A DNA stretch of 64,000 nucleotides, taken from assembly GCA_964195995.1 (NCBI GenBank), contig CAXMQS010000036.1, forward strand, positions 100,961 to 164,960, written 5' to 3'. How positions within the stretch are numbered: position 1 is the first letter of the stretch; every line of letters begins with the position of its first letter. The notes under the pieces were generated by a model. The model saw only the letters and a list, made by a program, of their open reading frames with translations, was not told the DNA's origin and ran no database searches. Below are positions 44,105 through 54,447 of the stretch, in pieces. The translations under genes and the position numbers were made by a program. The stretch is from an uncultured Acidimicrobiia bacterium (GTDB lineage Bacteria > Actinomycetota > Acidimicrobiia > Spongiisociales > JAOTWH01).

Positions 44105-45064
44105 ATGATCGCCCGTTCTCCTTCGGCAGAGGGCACCAGCGCAGGGTTTGCCCTCGTCGCCTGGAGTCGCGGTGCGGGGTGCCTCGAGCTGGCAACCCTG
44201 CTCGGTGGTCGGCCTCCAATTCAAGTCAAGGGAGACCTGCGACGCAGTTGTATCAAGGACCGGATCGAACTACTCGTCACCCGGAGGCTGAGTAGCTTCG
44301 ACTTGGTCCCGATCGTCATCCCGCACCACCTCGAACTCGAGCGAGTGGAATCCGTCACAGCTGCGGTCGGCGACGGACCCCACTCGGAACTCGCCGCGGC
44401 CGTGGGTTCGGGTATCGGCGCGGCGTTGGGCGTGCCCGCCGAGCTTGCCACCGTATACCGCACGCCTGAGGAAATCACGGTCGCGCTTGCTCGCCTCGAG
44501 CGACTCGCCGAAGTCCACCCAGACATCGGTCGGCGTGCCGTCGACGAGCCCACGGCGAAACGCCTGGTCGAATCCCTCGCCCCAGGCACCCTTCTGGTCG
44601 TGGGTGCTCCGGGAGGATCGTGGCTTCAACGCCAGCTCTTCGGTACCGGGCATCGCCTCCTCGTGACCGCGCCGAGCGGTGCCATCGTGGTTCGCTCCGC
44701 GCCCCGGCGCTGCTACCAGGACGCCGCCGACCCAGCCGGCATTGCCATCGGTGGCCACCTCACAGTGAAGGACGCTCTTGCGCTCATGAGATACCCCGTT
44801 GTACCGGTCTGCGAAGGCGGGCGCCTTGTCGGGACCGCACGCATCGAGACCCTCGTCGAAAAGGAACCGACATTGCTGGTCGCCGACGTGATGGAACCCC
44901 CTGTTGCCGTCGCCGATGTCGAACCCGTGGCGGCGGCAGCTGACCTCGATGAGTTCTTCGGCAACTCCCCGATCCCCGTCGTTGACAGTGACGGATACCT
45001 CATCGGTACGATCTTCGACCCACCACCCCACAGCCTGGTTGACTTCGAGATCTCCTCTTCGTGA
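44105..45064 (+). CDS. CBS-pair domain protein with an N-terminal USP-like region
   Basis: The C-terminal ~120 aa show two CBS motifs (LTVKDALALMRYPVVPVCEGGRLVGTA; ADVEPVAAAADLDEFFGNSPIPVVDSDGYLIGTI). Start uncertain. Confidence 0.6.
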   Translation: MIARSPSAEGTSAGFALVAWSRGAGCLELATLLGGRPPIQVKGDLRRSCIKDRIELLVTRRLSSFDLVPIVIPHHLELERVESVTAAVGDGPHSELAAAVGSGIGAALGVPAELATVYRTPEEITVALARLERLAEVHPDIGRRAVDEPTAKRLVESLAPGTLLVVGAPGGSWLQRQLFGTGHRLLVTAPSGAIVVRSAPRRCYQDAADPAGIAIGGHLTVKDALALMRYPVVPVCEGGRLVGTARIETLVEKEPTLLVADVMEPPVAVADVEPVAAAADLDEFFGNSPIPVVDSDGYLIGTIFDPPPHSLVDFEISSS

Positions 45065-45265
45065 GCGCAGAGTCGACAGGCCGTCGCGCCGTCACCATGG
45101 ATTATCGACTCATAGATGAAATGGAGGGTGACGACCTGCACACCTGGGGTGTGTTTCCCGACCTCCGTTCCAGCTAGGCGCCAAGCGCATACCAGCTCGC
45201 GTTCTGGACCATCACTGACCCAGTTCCCCGGCATCATCGACCTTCCCAACTCCTCTGAGCTGCAC

Positions 45266-45952
45266 TTATTGAGCAGCCAGCGTTTGGCGTGAACCAGAGG
45301 TTTGGGTGATGCCGCTGATCTCGGCGATGCGCTCGACGCTCACGGTCATGATCGGAGCGGAGGCGAGGATGACGAGACTGGCGGCCACGAACCGGGCCGC
45401 TACTCGCCGGAGCGAAACGGCCCCTTCTTCGGTGCTCCAGCCGATGGGTTCCTGGAGACGAAGTCCAGTCTGAGCAATGTTGGTTCGGCTGAGACTGGGA
45501 GCCCGGCGGAACCACGCGATTGCAGCTATATAGAGCGCAAAGATGAGGATCGGGGTAGCACCGATCCAACCGATGCGAAGCCCTTGCGGAGTATGAATCC
45601 CGATCCCGGCGAGGGCAGTGAGAGCGATGGCGACGGCGGCGACGCGGGCGTGCCCTAGTTCGACCGCGGGCCATAGTCGGCCTCGGTGGCGGAGGTCGAT
45701 TATCGCCAAGATGGCCATATTCGCCATCGACGATCCGAACAGGTCGGCGACGGCGAGGTCGGGCGCGCCAGTTGCTGCGGCGGTGACATCGACCGCCAAC
45801 TCGGGTAGCGATGTGGCGAACGCCAGAAGGAGGGTGCCGACGAGGAGTCCACCAAGTCCGGTGCGTTCGGCGATTTCATCTCCGGCGGATACGAGTCTTG
45901 TGGCAGCGCGGACGACTAGCGCGGCACTGATGACGAAGACGACGAGGGCCAC
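45266..45952 (-). CDS. Ca2+/cation antiporter (CaCA) family membrane protein, short form
   Basis: Alpha-repeat signature GTLLLAFATSLPELAV. At 228 aa it is shorter than typical two-repeat CaCA proteins. Confidence 0.6.
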   Translation of the reverse strand: MALVVFVISAALVVRAATRLVSAGDEIAERTGLGGLLVGTLLLAFATSLPELAVDVTAAATGAPDLAVADLFGSSMANMAILAIIDLRHRGRLWPAVELGHARVAAVAIALTALAGIGIHTPQGLRIGWIGATPILIFALYIAAIAWFRRAPSLSRTNIAQTGLRLQEPIGWSTEEGAVSLRRVAARFVAASLVILASAPIMTVSVERIAEISGITQTSGSRQTLAAQ

Positions 45953-46016
45953 AGAAATGCTTATCGGTAGCTCTTCCCAGCAGCGCGGTGCCGGACTGCC
46001 CTATCGGATCGCTCCG

Positions 46017-47603
46017 TCATTGGGGTGGGCGGGATTCGAGGAGGTCGCAGGCGCCGTTGGCGAGACCTTGCCCGGCCTCTTCGTAGAGGTTCGTGGCGAT
46101 GTCGACGCCGGCTGCTTTGAGTTCGGCCACTTGGTCCGGGTAGGTGGCGGCAGCGGCGATGTGGACACCGGGGAGGAAATCTCTGATTCGACGGGCGGCC
46201 TCGAGGTTGGCTTTGTGGTCGCTCATGGCGAGCACCACCAGCTCGAGTCCGGGGCGGAGGCGGAGGCGTTCCCAGAAGTCATGGTCGAGTGCGTCGCCGC
46301 GCAACACGGTTCGTCCTGCTCCGAGGTTCGAGGCAACGGTTTCGTCGCGGCGGTCGACTCCCAACACGACCGTGCCGTGGCGGCTCACGAGCTCGTCGTA
46401 GGCACCCTGCCCGACACGCCCCATGCCGAAAACGACACTGCGGGCTGTGGTGGGCTCAACGAGGGCATCTTCAGCCTGCGTGGGGTGCCGTTCGAGATCT
46501 ACCAGCAACTTCGACCAGCGGCCGTACAGGTCGTAACGAGCCCTGCTGAGGGCCGCGGCTATCGCGAAAGACACGGCGACCGCCACTGCGATTCCGGAGA
46601 GCCACTGTTGGTCGAGCAAGCCACGGTCGACCCCCGCCGCCGCCACGATGAGGCCGAATTCGCTGTACGTGGCCAGGGTGAGGGAGCTGTGGAACGAGGT
46701 GCGGGCGCGAAGCCGGAACCGGGAGAGGAGCACCATGAACCAGGCCGCCTTGGCGGCAACCAGCAACAGTGCGATCCCGGCGACTGCGATCGCCGGAAGC
46801 TCGGGTGTGCCGCCGAGGCCGATCGAGACAAAGAAACCTACGAGAAGGAGGTCTTTGAGACCGAGCAGGCGATCGGACAACTCGTGGGCCTTGGGTTGGC
46901 TTGACAATGTCATCCCAACGATGAGTGCTCCCAGATCTGGTTTGAGCCCGACCTCCTCGAAGGCTGCTGCGCCGATCCCCACCGCGAGTGCCAATCCGAG
47001 TAACACCAGCAATTCTCCGTGGCCGCTGTGTCGGAGGAACCACCCCAGGATGGGCCGGGCCGCGATGATGCCGATGAGGAGAGGGAGCGCCCACAGCGAC
47101 GGGGCCTCGTCCACCGCGAGCGCGAGAAATGCCACGGCGAACAGGTCTTGCATGATGAGGATGCCGATAGCAAGACGACCGGACAGCGACGCCGCTTCGT
47201 TGCGCTCCTCGAGTGCCTTGACGGCAAAGACGGTGCTCGAGAATGAGAAGACGAACCCGACGAGCGCGGCCCCAGCCGGGGTGAGGTCGGCGGCGAGGGG
47301 AAGGCCAAGGGCACCGAGGGCCAGGAACAACCCTCCGATGATGGCGGTGGTCACCGACATGTGGACGCTGGTAACGACCCACACCTCGCTGCGAATCAAC
47401 ATCGAGGGGCGCAGGCTGAGACCGATTCCGAACAGCAGCAGTAGTACGCCGAGGTCGGCGATCAGCTCTATGGCTCCGTTGGCTTCGTAGCCCATGCCGT
47501 GGAGCACGAACCCGGCGGCGAGGTAGCCAACGAGCGGTGGGAGACCGATGCGCTGAGAACCGAAGCCAAGGACGAAGGCCACGAGGATGATCTCGAGGTC
47601 CAT
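46017..47603 (-). CDS. cation:proton antiporter (Kef/CPA2-type) with C-terminal RCK/TrkA-N domain
   Basis: About 12 TM helices, then the Rossmann motif VVFGMGRVGQGAYDEL and an RCK-like tail. Confidence 0.8.
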   Translation of the reverse strand: MDLEIILVAFVLGFGSQRIGLPPLVGYLAAGFVLHGMGYEANGAIELIADLGVLLLLFGIGLSLRPSMLIRSEVWVVTSVHMSVTTAIIGGLFLALGALGLPLAADLTPAGAALVGFVFSFSSTVFAVKALEERNEAASLSGRLAIGILIMQDLFAVAFLALAVDEAPSLWALPLLIGIIAARPILGWFLRHSGHGELLVLLGLALAVGIGAAAFEEVGLKPDLGALIVGMTLSSQPKAHELSDRLLGLKDLLLVGFFVSIGLGGTPELPAIAVAGIALLLVAAKAAWFMVLLSRFRLRARTSFHSSLTLATYSEFGLIVAAAGVDRGLLDQQWLSGIAVAVAVSFAIAAALSRARYDLYGRWSKLLVDLERHPTQAEDALVEPTTARSVVFGMGRVGQGAYDELVSRHGTVVLGVDRRDETVASNLGAGRTVLRGDALDHDFWERLRLRPGLELVVLAMSDHKANLEAARRIRDFLPGVHIAAAATYPDQVAELKAAGVDIATNLYEEAGQGLANGACDLLESRPPQ

Positions 47604-47773
47604 GAGGCGGGCCTACCCGGCGCCCAACCGATGATGGGGTATGACATCGACTGCCGCGCCATGGGCACCTGTCACTGACGCGAGTCGCTCGTTCGCTCGA
47701 AGGTGCTGTGCGGTGGCTGGGTCGACGGCGCCGCAGCCACCCTCGACGAGCGTGACCGGTGTATCCCATGTAG

Positions 47774-50290
47774 TCATATCGTTGCGCCGTTCTTCGCCGC
47801 GCTCCGCGACCAGGCTTCGGCTCCGAGGACTGTGGTCGCTAGCGCGGCTGCGACGTAGCCAAAGGCGGGCCCATCGAGGGGGACGAGGCCGAGCATGGTG
47901 CGCAGCGGGGGGAAGGTGATGGTTGCGATCTGGAGGGCGACGCTGGCGATGATGATGGCGTTGAGGACCCGGTTGGGGGTCGGTCGGGTGTGGATGCGGC
48001 GCGCCGGGTAGGCGAAGGCGAGTTGAGCCAGCGATTCGTACAAGAAGACGGCGGTCATCGTGGCTGCGGCCAAGTAGCCGATGGCGGGTAGCGCAAAGAA
48101 CAGGGCGAGGCCGAGAGCGGCTTTGAGGATCCCGGTGGTGAGGATGAACCGGATGCCGGCTGGCGTGAGCAGCGGCGCCGATGGCGACCGCGGGCGCTGG
48201 GTCATCATGCCGGGGTTGCGGTCGAGGCCGAGAGCGAGTGCGGGTGGCCCGTCGGCGATGATGTTGATCCACAGCAGCTGGACGGCAAGAAGGGGAACCA
48301 GCAGGTTGCCGGCTTCGTCACGGAGGTTGAACAGGGCGGCGCCGGTGACGCCGATTGCGATGAGAAGCACAAGGGCGACGTTGGTGGAGAACAAGAACCG
48401 GATGAACTTGAGGATGTTGGCGTAGATGCTGCGGCCTTCTTCGACCGCGTGGGTGATGGTGGCGAAGTTGTCGTCGAGGAGTACGAGGTCGGCGACCTCG
48501 CGGCTGACGTCGCTTCCTCGCTGGCCCATGGCGACGCCGACGTCGGCTCGTTTGAGGGCGGGGGCGTCGTTGACGCCGTCTCCGGTCATGGCGACAATCT
48601 CGCCGTTGGCCTTGAGGGCGTCGACGAGGGCGAGCTTGTGTTCAGGGTTGGCCCGGGCGAAGACACCCACGTGTCCCGCCCTCTCGGCGAGTTCCTCGGG
48701 GCCGAGCCGGTCGAGCTGGTCGCCGGTCATCACTTCGTCGCATGCGATGCCGATCGCGTCGGCGATGGCCTTGGCGGTAGCTGGGTGATCGCCGGTGATC
48801 ATGAGCACCCGGATTCCCGCCTGTTGGGTGACCGCAATGGCGGCGGGCACCTCAGGTCGGGGCGGATCCCACAGGGCGACGGTGCCGAGCCATGTGATCT
48901 CGGTATCGGTTTCGCTGGGTGCCCACGCCAGGGCAAGCATGCGGTTGCCGTCGGCGGCGGCAACCTCGATTCGTGCTCCCCATGCTTCGCGTCCCTCACC
49001 GGTGAGTTGGCTCATTTGCAGGAGCACTTCTGGTGCGCCCTTGAGGTACGAGACCGGCTCGCCGTCTTCGAGCACGGTGACCCGCATGTACTTCCATTCC
49101 GAGTCGAATGGGCGCTCCGAGATCCTCTTGCGGCGGGTGCGCTCGGCGGCCGGGTCAAGGCCGTGCTCCGCCGCATACGCATAGAGGCCGATTTCGAGGG
49201 GGTCGCCCGAGCCTCCGTCTGGTTCGGCCTCGGCGGCGAGCACCATTGCCAGCAGCGCCCGACGCTGGTCCGGTGAGTCCAGGGCGCGCACGGTCATCGT
49301 GTTCTCGGTGAGAGTGCCGGTCTTGTCTGTGGCGATGACGGTGACTGAGCCGAGCGCTTCCGCCGCCGACAGGCGGCGGACCACCGCGCTGCGAGATGCC
49401 ATGCGTTCGGTGCCGAGCGCCAGCGTCAAGGTCAGCACTGCAGGAAGGCCCTCAGGTACGGCCGCCACGGCGACCGCCACCGCAAAGATGAGGGCTTCGT
49501 CGATGCGGTCGATCCCCTCGATGCCAACCCCAGCCACCATGAGGATCACCGCGAGGGCCGCCACCCAGCGGGCGATGCGGTGCCCGAAATGTGTCAGGCG
49601 GCGTTCGAGGGGCGTTGCTTCTGTCTCGACGTCGGCCAGCATCCCGGCGATGCGGCCCATCGCCGAGGCCGGCCCGGTTCTGGTTACTGCCACCCAGGCA
49701 AGGCCCCGCACCGCCAACGTTCCGGAAAAGACCTCCTCGGTGACGGCCCGGTCGACCGGCACCGACTCGCCCGTCAGCATCGACTCGTCCACCATCAGAC
49801 CCCGCTCACCGGTCAGAACGCCGTCGGCGGGGATGCGGTCACCCGCTTCCACTCGTCCCAAATCTCCGGGCACGAGTTCTGCGGCCGGAATCTCCGTGAG
49901 GTTGCCGTCGCGGCGGACCCACACCTGCGGGGCTGCGAGTTCCTTGAGCCGGGCGAGGGCGTCTTCAGCCCGGTATTCCTGCCACACACCCATGATCGTG
50001 TTGAAGGCGAGGATCACCAGGATGGCGATGGATTCGATCGGCCAACCGTGTGCGCCCTCGATCACCCAAATCACGGCGTCGAACGCCAGAGCGAACAGCA
50101 GAATGTAAATGATCGGGCTGCGCAGCTGCCGCGCCACCCGTGTCCACCACGGGATCGGTTTGGCCTCGGGTAGGAGGTTGGGGCCGTACGCTTCGAGCCG
50201 CCGAGCAGCTTCGGCTGCGGTCAGGCCCTGAATCGCTGTCGAGGTGGGCTCGGTCGAGGTGCCGGCACGAGCCGAGGCACCGTAGGCCAT
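47774..50290 (-). CDS. cation-transporting P-type ATPase (type II, Ca2+/Mg2+-like)
   Basis: LTGESVP actuator motif, PEGLPAV in TM4, DKTGTLT phosphorylation site and the GDGVNDAPALKRADVG hinge. Start set to ATG 50290, overlapping the upstream USP stop (ATGA). Confidence 0.9.
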   Translation of the reverse strand: MAYGASARAGTSTEPTSTAIQGLTAAEAARRLEAYGPNLLPEAKPIPWWTRVARQLRSPIIYILLFALAFDAVIWVIEGAHGWPIESIAILVILAFNTIMGVWQEYRAEDALARLKELAAPQVWVRRDGNLTEIPAAELVPGDLGRVEAGDRIPADGVLTGERGLMVDESMLTGESVPVDRAVTEEVFSGTLAVRGLAWVAVTRTGPASAMGRIAGMLADVETEATPLERRLTHFGHRIARWVAALAVILMVAGVGIEGIDRIDEALIFAVAVAVAAVPEGLPAVLTLTLALGTERMASRSAVVRRLSAAEALGSVTVIATDKTGTLTENTMTVRALDSPDQRRALLAMVLAAEAEPDGGSGDPLEIGLYAYAAEHGLDPAAERTRRKRISERPFDSEWKYMRVTVLEDGEPVSYLKGAPEVLLQMSQLTGEGREAWGARIEVAAADGNRMLALAWAPSETDTEITWLGTVALWDPPRPEVPAAIAVTQQAGIRVLMITGDHPATAKAIADAIGIACDEVMTGDQLDRLGPEELAERAGHVGVFARANPEHKLALVDALKANGEIVAMTGDGVNDAPALKRADVGVAMGQRGSDVSREVADLVLLDDNFATITHAVEEGRSIYANILKFIRFLFSTNVALVLLIAIGVTGAALFNLRDEAGNLLVPLLAVQLLWINIIADGPPALALGLDRNPGMMTQRPRSPSAPLLTPAGIRFILTTGILKAALGLALFFALPAIGYLAAATMTAVFLYESLAQLAFAYPARRIHTRPTPNRVLNAIIIASVALQIATITFPPLRTMLGLVPLDGPAFGYVAAALATTVLGAEAWSRSAAKNGATI

Positions 50291-51264
50291 CAGGGCGTCC
50301 CTTGCTTGGCTTTGGCGGGCCGTGCGAGCTTGACGGGGGTAACGAAACCGTGCGGCTTGACCGCCATCACCGAGCAAGTCACCGAGCGAAGGATGGACTC
50401 AGCGGTATTGCCCATGATCAAGCCGCCCAGTCCGGTGCGAGCCACGGTCCCCATCACGATCAGTCCGATATTGAACCGTTCGGCAAGGCGAGGCAACACC
50501 TTCCTGGCGTCGCCGGCCACCATGTGCGCCGCCCCTCCCAGCTCGGCCACCTGATGTCGGTCCATCAAAGCGTCGAGCTGCTCCATATGCGACGACTTCG
50601 CCGACTCGACCACTGCATCGACGACGCCCGCCGGGAGCGCCACATATGGGGACGACCGCAGCGTCGACTCGCCCGCGAGATTCCACGCGTGACCCACGTG
50701 CAGCACCGCGTTCTCGCGGCGCGTCAGCGACGTCGCCAACTCCAAGACGAGATCGTTCAAACCGTCCCGTACCGGGTCGGTTGGATCGGGGTCGATCAAA
50801 GCCAATATTCGGAGCTTGCGAGCCCGAGAGGGACGCATTACCCACACTGGGACCGGGCATTTGCGCAGGAGGTGCATTACACCGCTGTCCAAGTGCGGGC
50901 CCTCCCCCGTTCGAACCTCACTGGTACCAACCATGACCAGGTCATTGCCGTTTCTGAGCACGTGGCGGATGACTTCGAGGAATGGCTCTCCCACTTTCAC
51001 TGTCACCTCGGTGTCCGCTCTGGAGCGCGTGTTCTCCACCAGGTGCCTGAGTCTCTCCTCCCGATCACGCACCAGTGCCGCCTCGATATCCACCACGCGG
51101 CCTTCCACCTCGATCTTGCGGCGCAGGCGCGGCAGCGGGGGAACAACGTCAAGCACCGTGATATGCGCGTCATTCGTGTCCGCGAGCTTGACGGCGGCCC
51201 GCAGTGTCAAGGGTTCGAGGTGTCCAGGGCACGCTGCAACCAGAAGACTCTTGAACCGATCCAT
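50290..51264 (-). CDS. tandem universal stress protein (two USP domains)
   Basis: Two USP-like halves (ITVLDVV...; ILALIDPDP...VMGTVARTGLGGLIMGNTAE, an ATP-binding G-2x-G-9x-G(S/T)-like motif). Confidence 0.75.
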   Translation of the reverse strand: MDRFKSLLVAACPGHLEPLTLRAAVKLADTNDAHITVLDVVPPLPRLRRKIEVEGRVVDIEAALVRDREERLRHLVENTRSRADTEVTVKVGEPFLEVIRHVLRNGNDLVMVGTSEVRTGEGPHLDSGVMHLLRKCPVPVWVMRPSRARKLRILALIDPDPTDPVRDGLNDLVLELATSLTRRENAVLHVGHAWNLAGESTLRSSPYVALPAGVVDAVVESAKSSHMEQLDALMDRHQVAELGGAAHMVAGDARKVLPRLAERFNIGLIVMGTVARTGLGGLIMGNTAESILRSVTCSVMAVKPHGFVTPVKLARPAKAKQGTP

Positions 51265-51266
51265 GA

Positions 51267-51689
51267 CTACACCGCCTTTCCGTTGTAGTTCGCTCCGTCT
51301 CGTAGGAGTGGGTCGCAGTGGTCGGCTGGTGGGGATGAGGTGGGTCGACCGCCCGTTCGGTCCTGGGATTTGGCGAAGTAGGCGAACCGCGGCCGTCGCC
51401 CCGGGTAGGTGGTGTCGGCTTCCCAGGTCACCGAGCTCTCGACCCGGCTCACACCCGGGACCTTGGACGCTAAGCGCTCCAGCCGGACGGCCTCCCGCCG
51501 TTCGGCAACAACGCCAATCATCCTGGCGACGCCGGCGCTCACAGAGACCGAAATATCATCTGGGTTGCCGCCGAGGACCTTGCTGATCACACAGGAGTAG
51601 ATCTCCGCTTCGATGTTGGCATCGGACCGCAGCAGCGCTTCCCGAAGCCGGCGCTGCGAACGCCGCTGGAGGGTCGAATGTGATCTCAT
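51267..51689 (-). CDS. BON domain protein
   Basis: EIYSCVISKVLGGNPDDISVSVSAGVARMIGVV...ASKVPGVSRVES fits the BON (OsmY-like) pattern. ATGA overlap with the upstream gene. Confidence 0.6.
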   Translation of the reverse strand: MRSHSTLQRRSQRRLREALLRSDANIEAEIYSCVISKVLGGNPDDISVSVSAGVARMIGVVAERREAVRLERLASKVPGVSRVESSVTWEADTTYPGRRPRFAYFAKSQDRTGGRPTSSPPADHCDPLLRDGANYNGKAV

Positions 51690-52156
51690 CGCTCTTCCCC
51701 GCCGTGAGCTGATGTGACGACTTCGGCCAGCGATCGGGCCTCGTCGGGTCGGGGCTGGTCGCGATCGACGAATTCATGAGTCCCGCCACAGGAGATGCGG
51801 CTGCATTCGACACACCTAGCGGCGGCTGGCAATGCCCGAAGCCGCTCGAGCGGGATTGGGGTACCGCAGTCGAGGCAATCCCCGTAGGTGTCGGCGGCGG
51901 CCCGAGCCAGCGCCTCCTCCACCTCCCACACACGCCGCTCGGCTCGGTCCACGAGCATCAGGGCTGTCGTTGCGTCGGTATCGGCAGACGGGTGCCTTTG
52001 ATCGAACAGATCGCTGAGATCCCGGCTCATCAGCGCCTCGGAGACCTCGCTGCGCAAGGTCTCGGCACATTGTGCTGCCGATGCGCGACGGACCCGCAGG
52101 AGGTCGGTCAGGTCGGCGAGGGTCTTCGGGGCGAACCGCGTAGCTGCAGTTGTCAT
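51686..52156 (-). CDS. DksA/TraR-family C4 zinc-finger protein
   Basis: C-terminal CLDCGTPIPLERLRALPAAARCVEC preceded by a coiled-coil region. Confidence 0.75.
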   Translation of the reverse strand: MTTAATRFAPKTLADLTDLLRVRRASAAQCAETLRSEVSEALMSRDLSDLFDQRHPSADTDATTALMLVDRAERRVWEVEEALARAAADTYGDCLDCGTPIPLERLRALPAAARCVECSRISCGGTHEFVDRDQPRPDEARSLAEVVTSAHGGEER

Positions 52157-52438
52157 TTCGTCCTCCTCGGACAGTTGGGAAACACATCACTTCCGTTGTG
52201 AAGGTCTCTCCCGCCCGAGAAGTGGGCCTGCGCCGCCGGGCCTTGCGGCCGTGTTGACGACTGCGCTCGTGTGGGGGTACTCCCCTTTCCAACACGCTAT
52301 AAATAACACGACAATGATGGCATGACTAGGGCCGTTCGACCTTACCCGGAGGATGTGGGGAACGCCCTCCGGAGCCAAGCGCCCGACATATCATGACATC
52401 TGCGACACGTGTTGAAGTGAAACGAGGATGGGGCTGCG

Positions 52439-52750
52439 ATGACCGATTACGACCGTCGATCCTGGACTTTCCTCACAAGCCATGCGCGGGTATTGATCCT
52501 GATCTCTCAGACCCCCGATATTCGTGCTCGCGACATCGCGGCTGTGACCGGCCTCACCGAACGCTCCACCCAGCGAATCGTTGCCGACCTGGAAGCAGCC
52601 GGCTACCTGAGCCATGATCGGATCGGTCGGCGCAACCATTACAGGATCAAGACCAGCGAGACGCTCCGCCATCCCCATGAGCAAGGCGTCGAGATCGGCT
52701 TGCTCCTTGATTTGTTCTCCGATGTTCTCGGCGGCGCGTCACCCAACTAG
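52439..52750 (+). CDS. winged-HTH transcriptional regulator (ArsR/MarR-like)
   Basis: ARVLILISQTPDIRARDIAAVTGLTERSTQRIVADLEAAGYLS. Divergent from the dksA-like operon. Confidence 0.65.
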   Translation: MTDYDRRSWTFLTSHARVLILISQTPDIRARDIAAVTGLTERSTQRIVADLEAAGYLSHDRIGRRNHYRIKTSETLRHPHEQGVEIGLLLDLFSDVLGGASPN

Positions 52751-52796
52751 GAGCCGGCTCGGGCCGGCGGCCCACCACGATGTCGGGACCTCCTGG

Positions 52797-53170
52797 CTAC
52801 AGCTCGCCCTGGTCGGTGCCTTCCGCCCAGTTCTCCTTGGCTTCCTGGACGCCCATCAGCCCGACCATCAGTGCGGCCGCCGGGTCGGCCCACCACCAGC
52901 CGACGACAGCGTTCAGGAGCAGCCCCAACATGGTTGCCGCAGATAGCACTCCGTCGAGGAATGTCATCGAAGCTTCCGAACGGAGAGGAGACGAGTCGAG
53001 CCGGATGGCAATCCGACGTTTCGTTCCCGGCAACCGAACATGACCAGGGCGGTGATTGCCAAGTAGACGATTCCCCAGGGTGACTCATCGGGGCGCCTTC
53101 CGGTCACGAGGTCCCGAAGCCTTGCGACCGTCAGAGCGGCCGTGAGGGCGGCGAAAGCGACGGCGACAGG
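52797..53170 (-). pseudogene. frameshifted small cation-efflux (CDF-like) membrane protein gene
   Basis: The C-terminal part (LRSEASMTFLDGVLSAATMLGLLLNAVVGWWWADPAAALMVGLMGVQEAKENW) is in one frame. The preceding TM region (PVAVAFAALTAALTVARL...WGIVYLAITALVMFG) is in another. No start codon is available for the N-terminal frame. Confidence 0.5.
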
Positions 53171-53211
53171 TCGATGAGCTCGGGCGGTTCGCTCGGGGCA
53201 TCAATACCGGG

Positions 53212-54081
53212 TCACGCCCTCGGAGTTGGTGGTTGCGGGATGATCGCTAGTGGCAATGGGCTGTGGCGGACGAGATACGACGCGGTGCCTCCGAGTCCGT
53301 CGAATTGGCCCTTGCCCCGCTGCCCAATCACGATCAGACCCGCCTCTTGCTTCAGTGCGACGTCGATGAGGCAGCGTCGGGCGTCCCCGGCCGTGACGAT
53401 GGCATCGTGTGTGATGCCCAGGTTGCGAAACGCGCCAGACGATGCAGTCTCGAGATGGTCTTGTTCTCGGGCCATGGTCTCGTCGAGTCGTTCCGAGGAG
53501 TGCTCGGCGCCTGGATCGATGCACCAAAGAATGGTGGCCGATGCACCGAGGGCCAGACACAACCTGGCACTCCAAGCCGTGACGCTCTCAGAGATAGGCG
53601 AGAAGTCGAGCCCGATCACGACACGATCGAAACGAGGCCTACCTGCTCCGCGCGGTACCAGGATGAGTGGACACCGGGTGCCGAACAGCAAACTGCGACC
53701 CACCGAGCCGAGCAGCAAACCTTTGATCGGGCCCAGACCTCGCGTTCCCAGGACGAGCATCGTGACCTCCGGTTCAGCCGATGCCCGTTGGAGGGCATGG
53801 CGCGCCGGTCCGCGTAACGCTCGACATGTCACGTTGGCGCAGCCCGCTTCGTCGCTGACCTTTCGGAGTTTCGCGATCACGTCCTCATCCATCTCGTCGG
53901 CGGAGAGATCTGATCCATGGCCGCCCTGGACGGAACGGCGAGTTGGGTGCTCCCATGCCTTGGCCGCGGTAACGCCGATGCCCGCTTGAGAGCCGAGCGC
54001 GTCCGACCAGATCAACGCGTCGATCGAGTTCTCGGAACCGTCCACGCCGACGAGGATCGTCTTGGCGTCGGAGGCGCTCAT
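53212..54081 (-). CDS. tandem universal stress protein
   Basis: Two USP halves (ILVGVDGSENS...VLGTRGLGPIKGLLLGSV; VVIGLDFSP...VIGQRGKGQFDGLGGTAS). Confidence 0.75.
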   Translation of the reverse strand: MSASDAKTILVGVDGSENSIDALIWSDALGSQAGIGVTAAKAWEHPTRRSVQGGHGSDLSADEMDEDVIAKLRKVSDEAGCANVTCRALRGPARHALQRASAEPEVTMLVLGTRGLGPIKGLLLGSVGRSLLFGTRCPLILVPRGAGRPRFDRVVIGLDFSPISESVTAWSARLCLALGASATILWCIDPGAEHSSERLDETMAREQDHLETASSGAFRNLGITHDAIVTAGDARRCLIDVALKQEAGLIVIGQRGKGQFDGLGGTASYLVRHSPLPLAIIPQPPTPRA

Positions 54082-54312
54082 CGTCGCTCCTTAGGGTGAC
54101 AACTCACACCGTTTATGTCCGGAGACTGAAGTAGGAAGCACCGGAATATCGAACCCCGAAGCCCCCAGCAGCTCCAAACCCAATTGTCCGCCCAGATGCC
54201 TCAGCAGGGCTAGAGGCCTTCGACACCAGCTCGCCCCCACGGCGTCCGGGCCGCATGGTCCTACCGTCGTTCGACCCTGGTGGGTGGACAGGAGTGTTGC
54301 CACCCTGAGGGA

Positions 54313-54447
54313 GTGAACCGTATCTATGAAGCGCGCCTGTTGGCACCAGACGTCAAGTATTTCAGGGTCGAGGCTCCCAGAGTCGCGTTGAAGCGCCGGC
54401 CCGGGCAGTTCGTCATCGTCCGCGTGGCCGAGAATGGCGAGCGCATC
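54313..54447 (+). pseudogene. N-terminal 45-aa fragment of a PyrK/sulfide-dehydrogenase-like FAD/NAD-binding oxidoreductase
   Basis: VNRIYEARLLAPDVKYFRVEAPRVALKRRPGQFVIVRVAENGERI matches the start of that family. Similarity stops exactly where the 24-nt direct repeat begins (54445). Confidence 0.55.
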
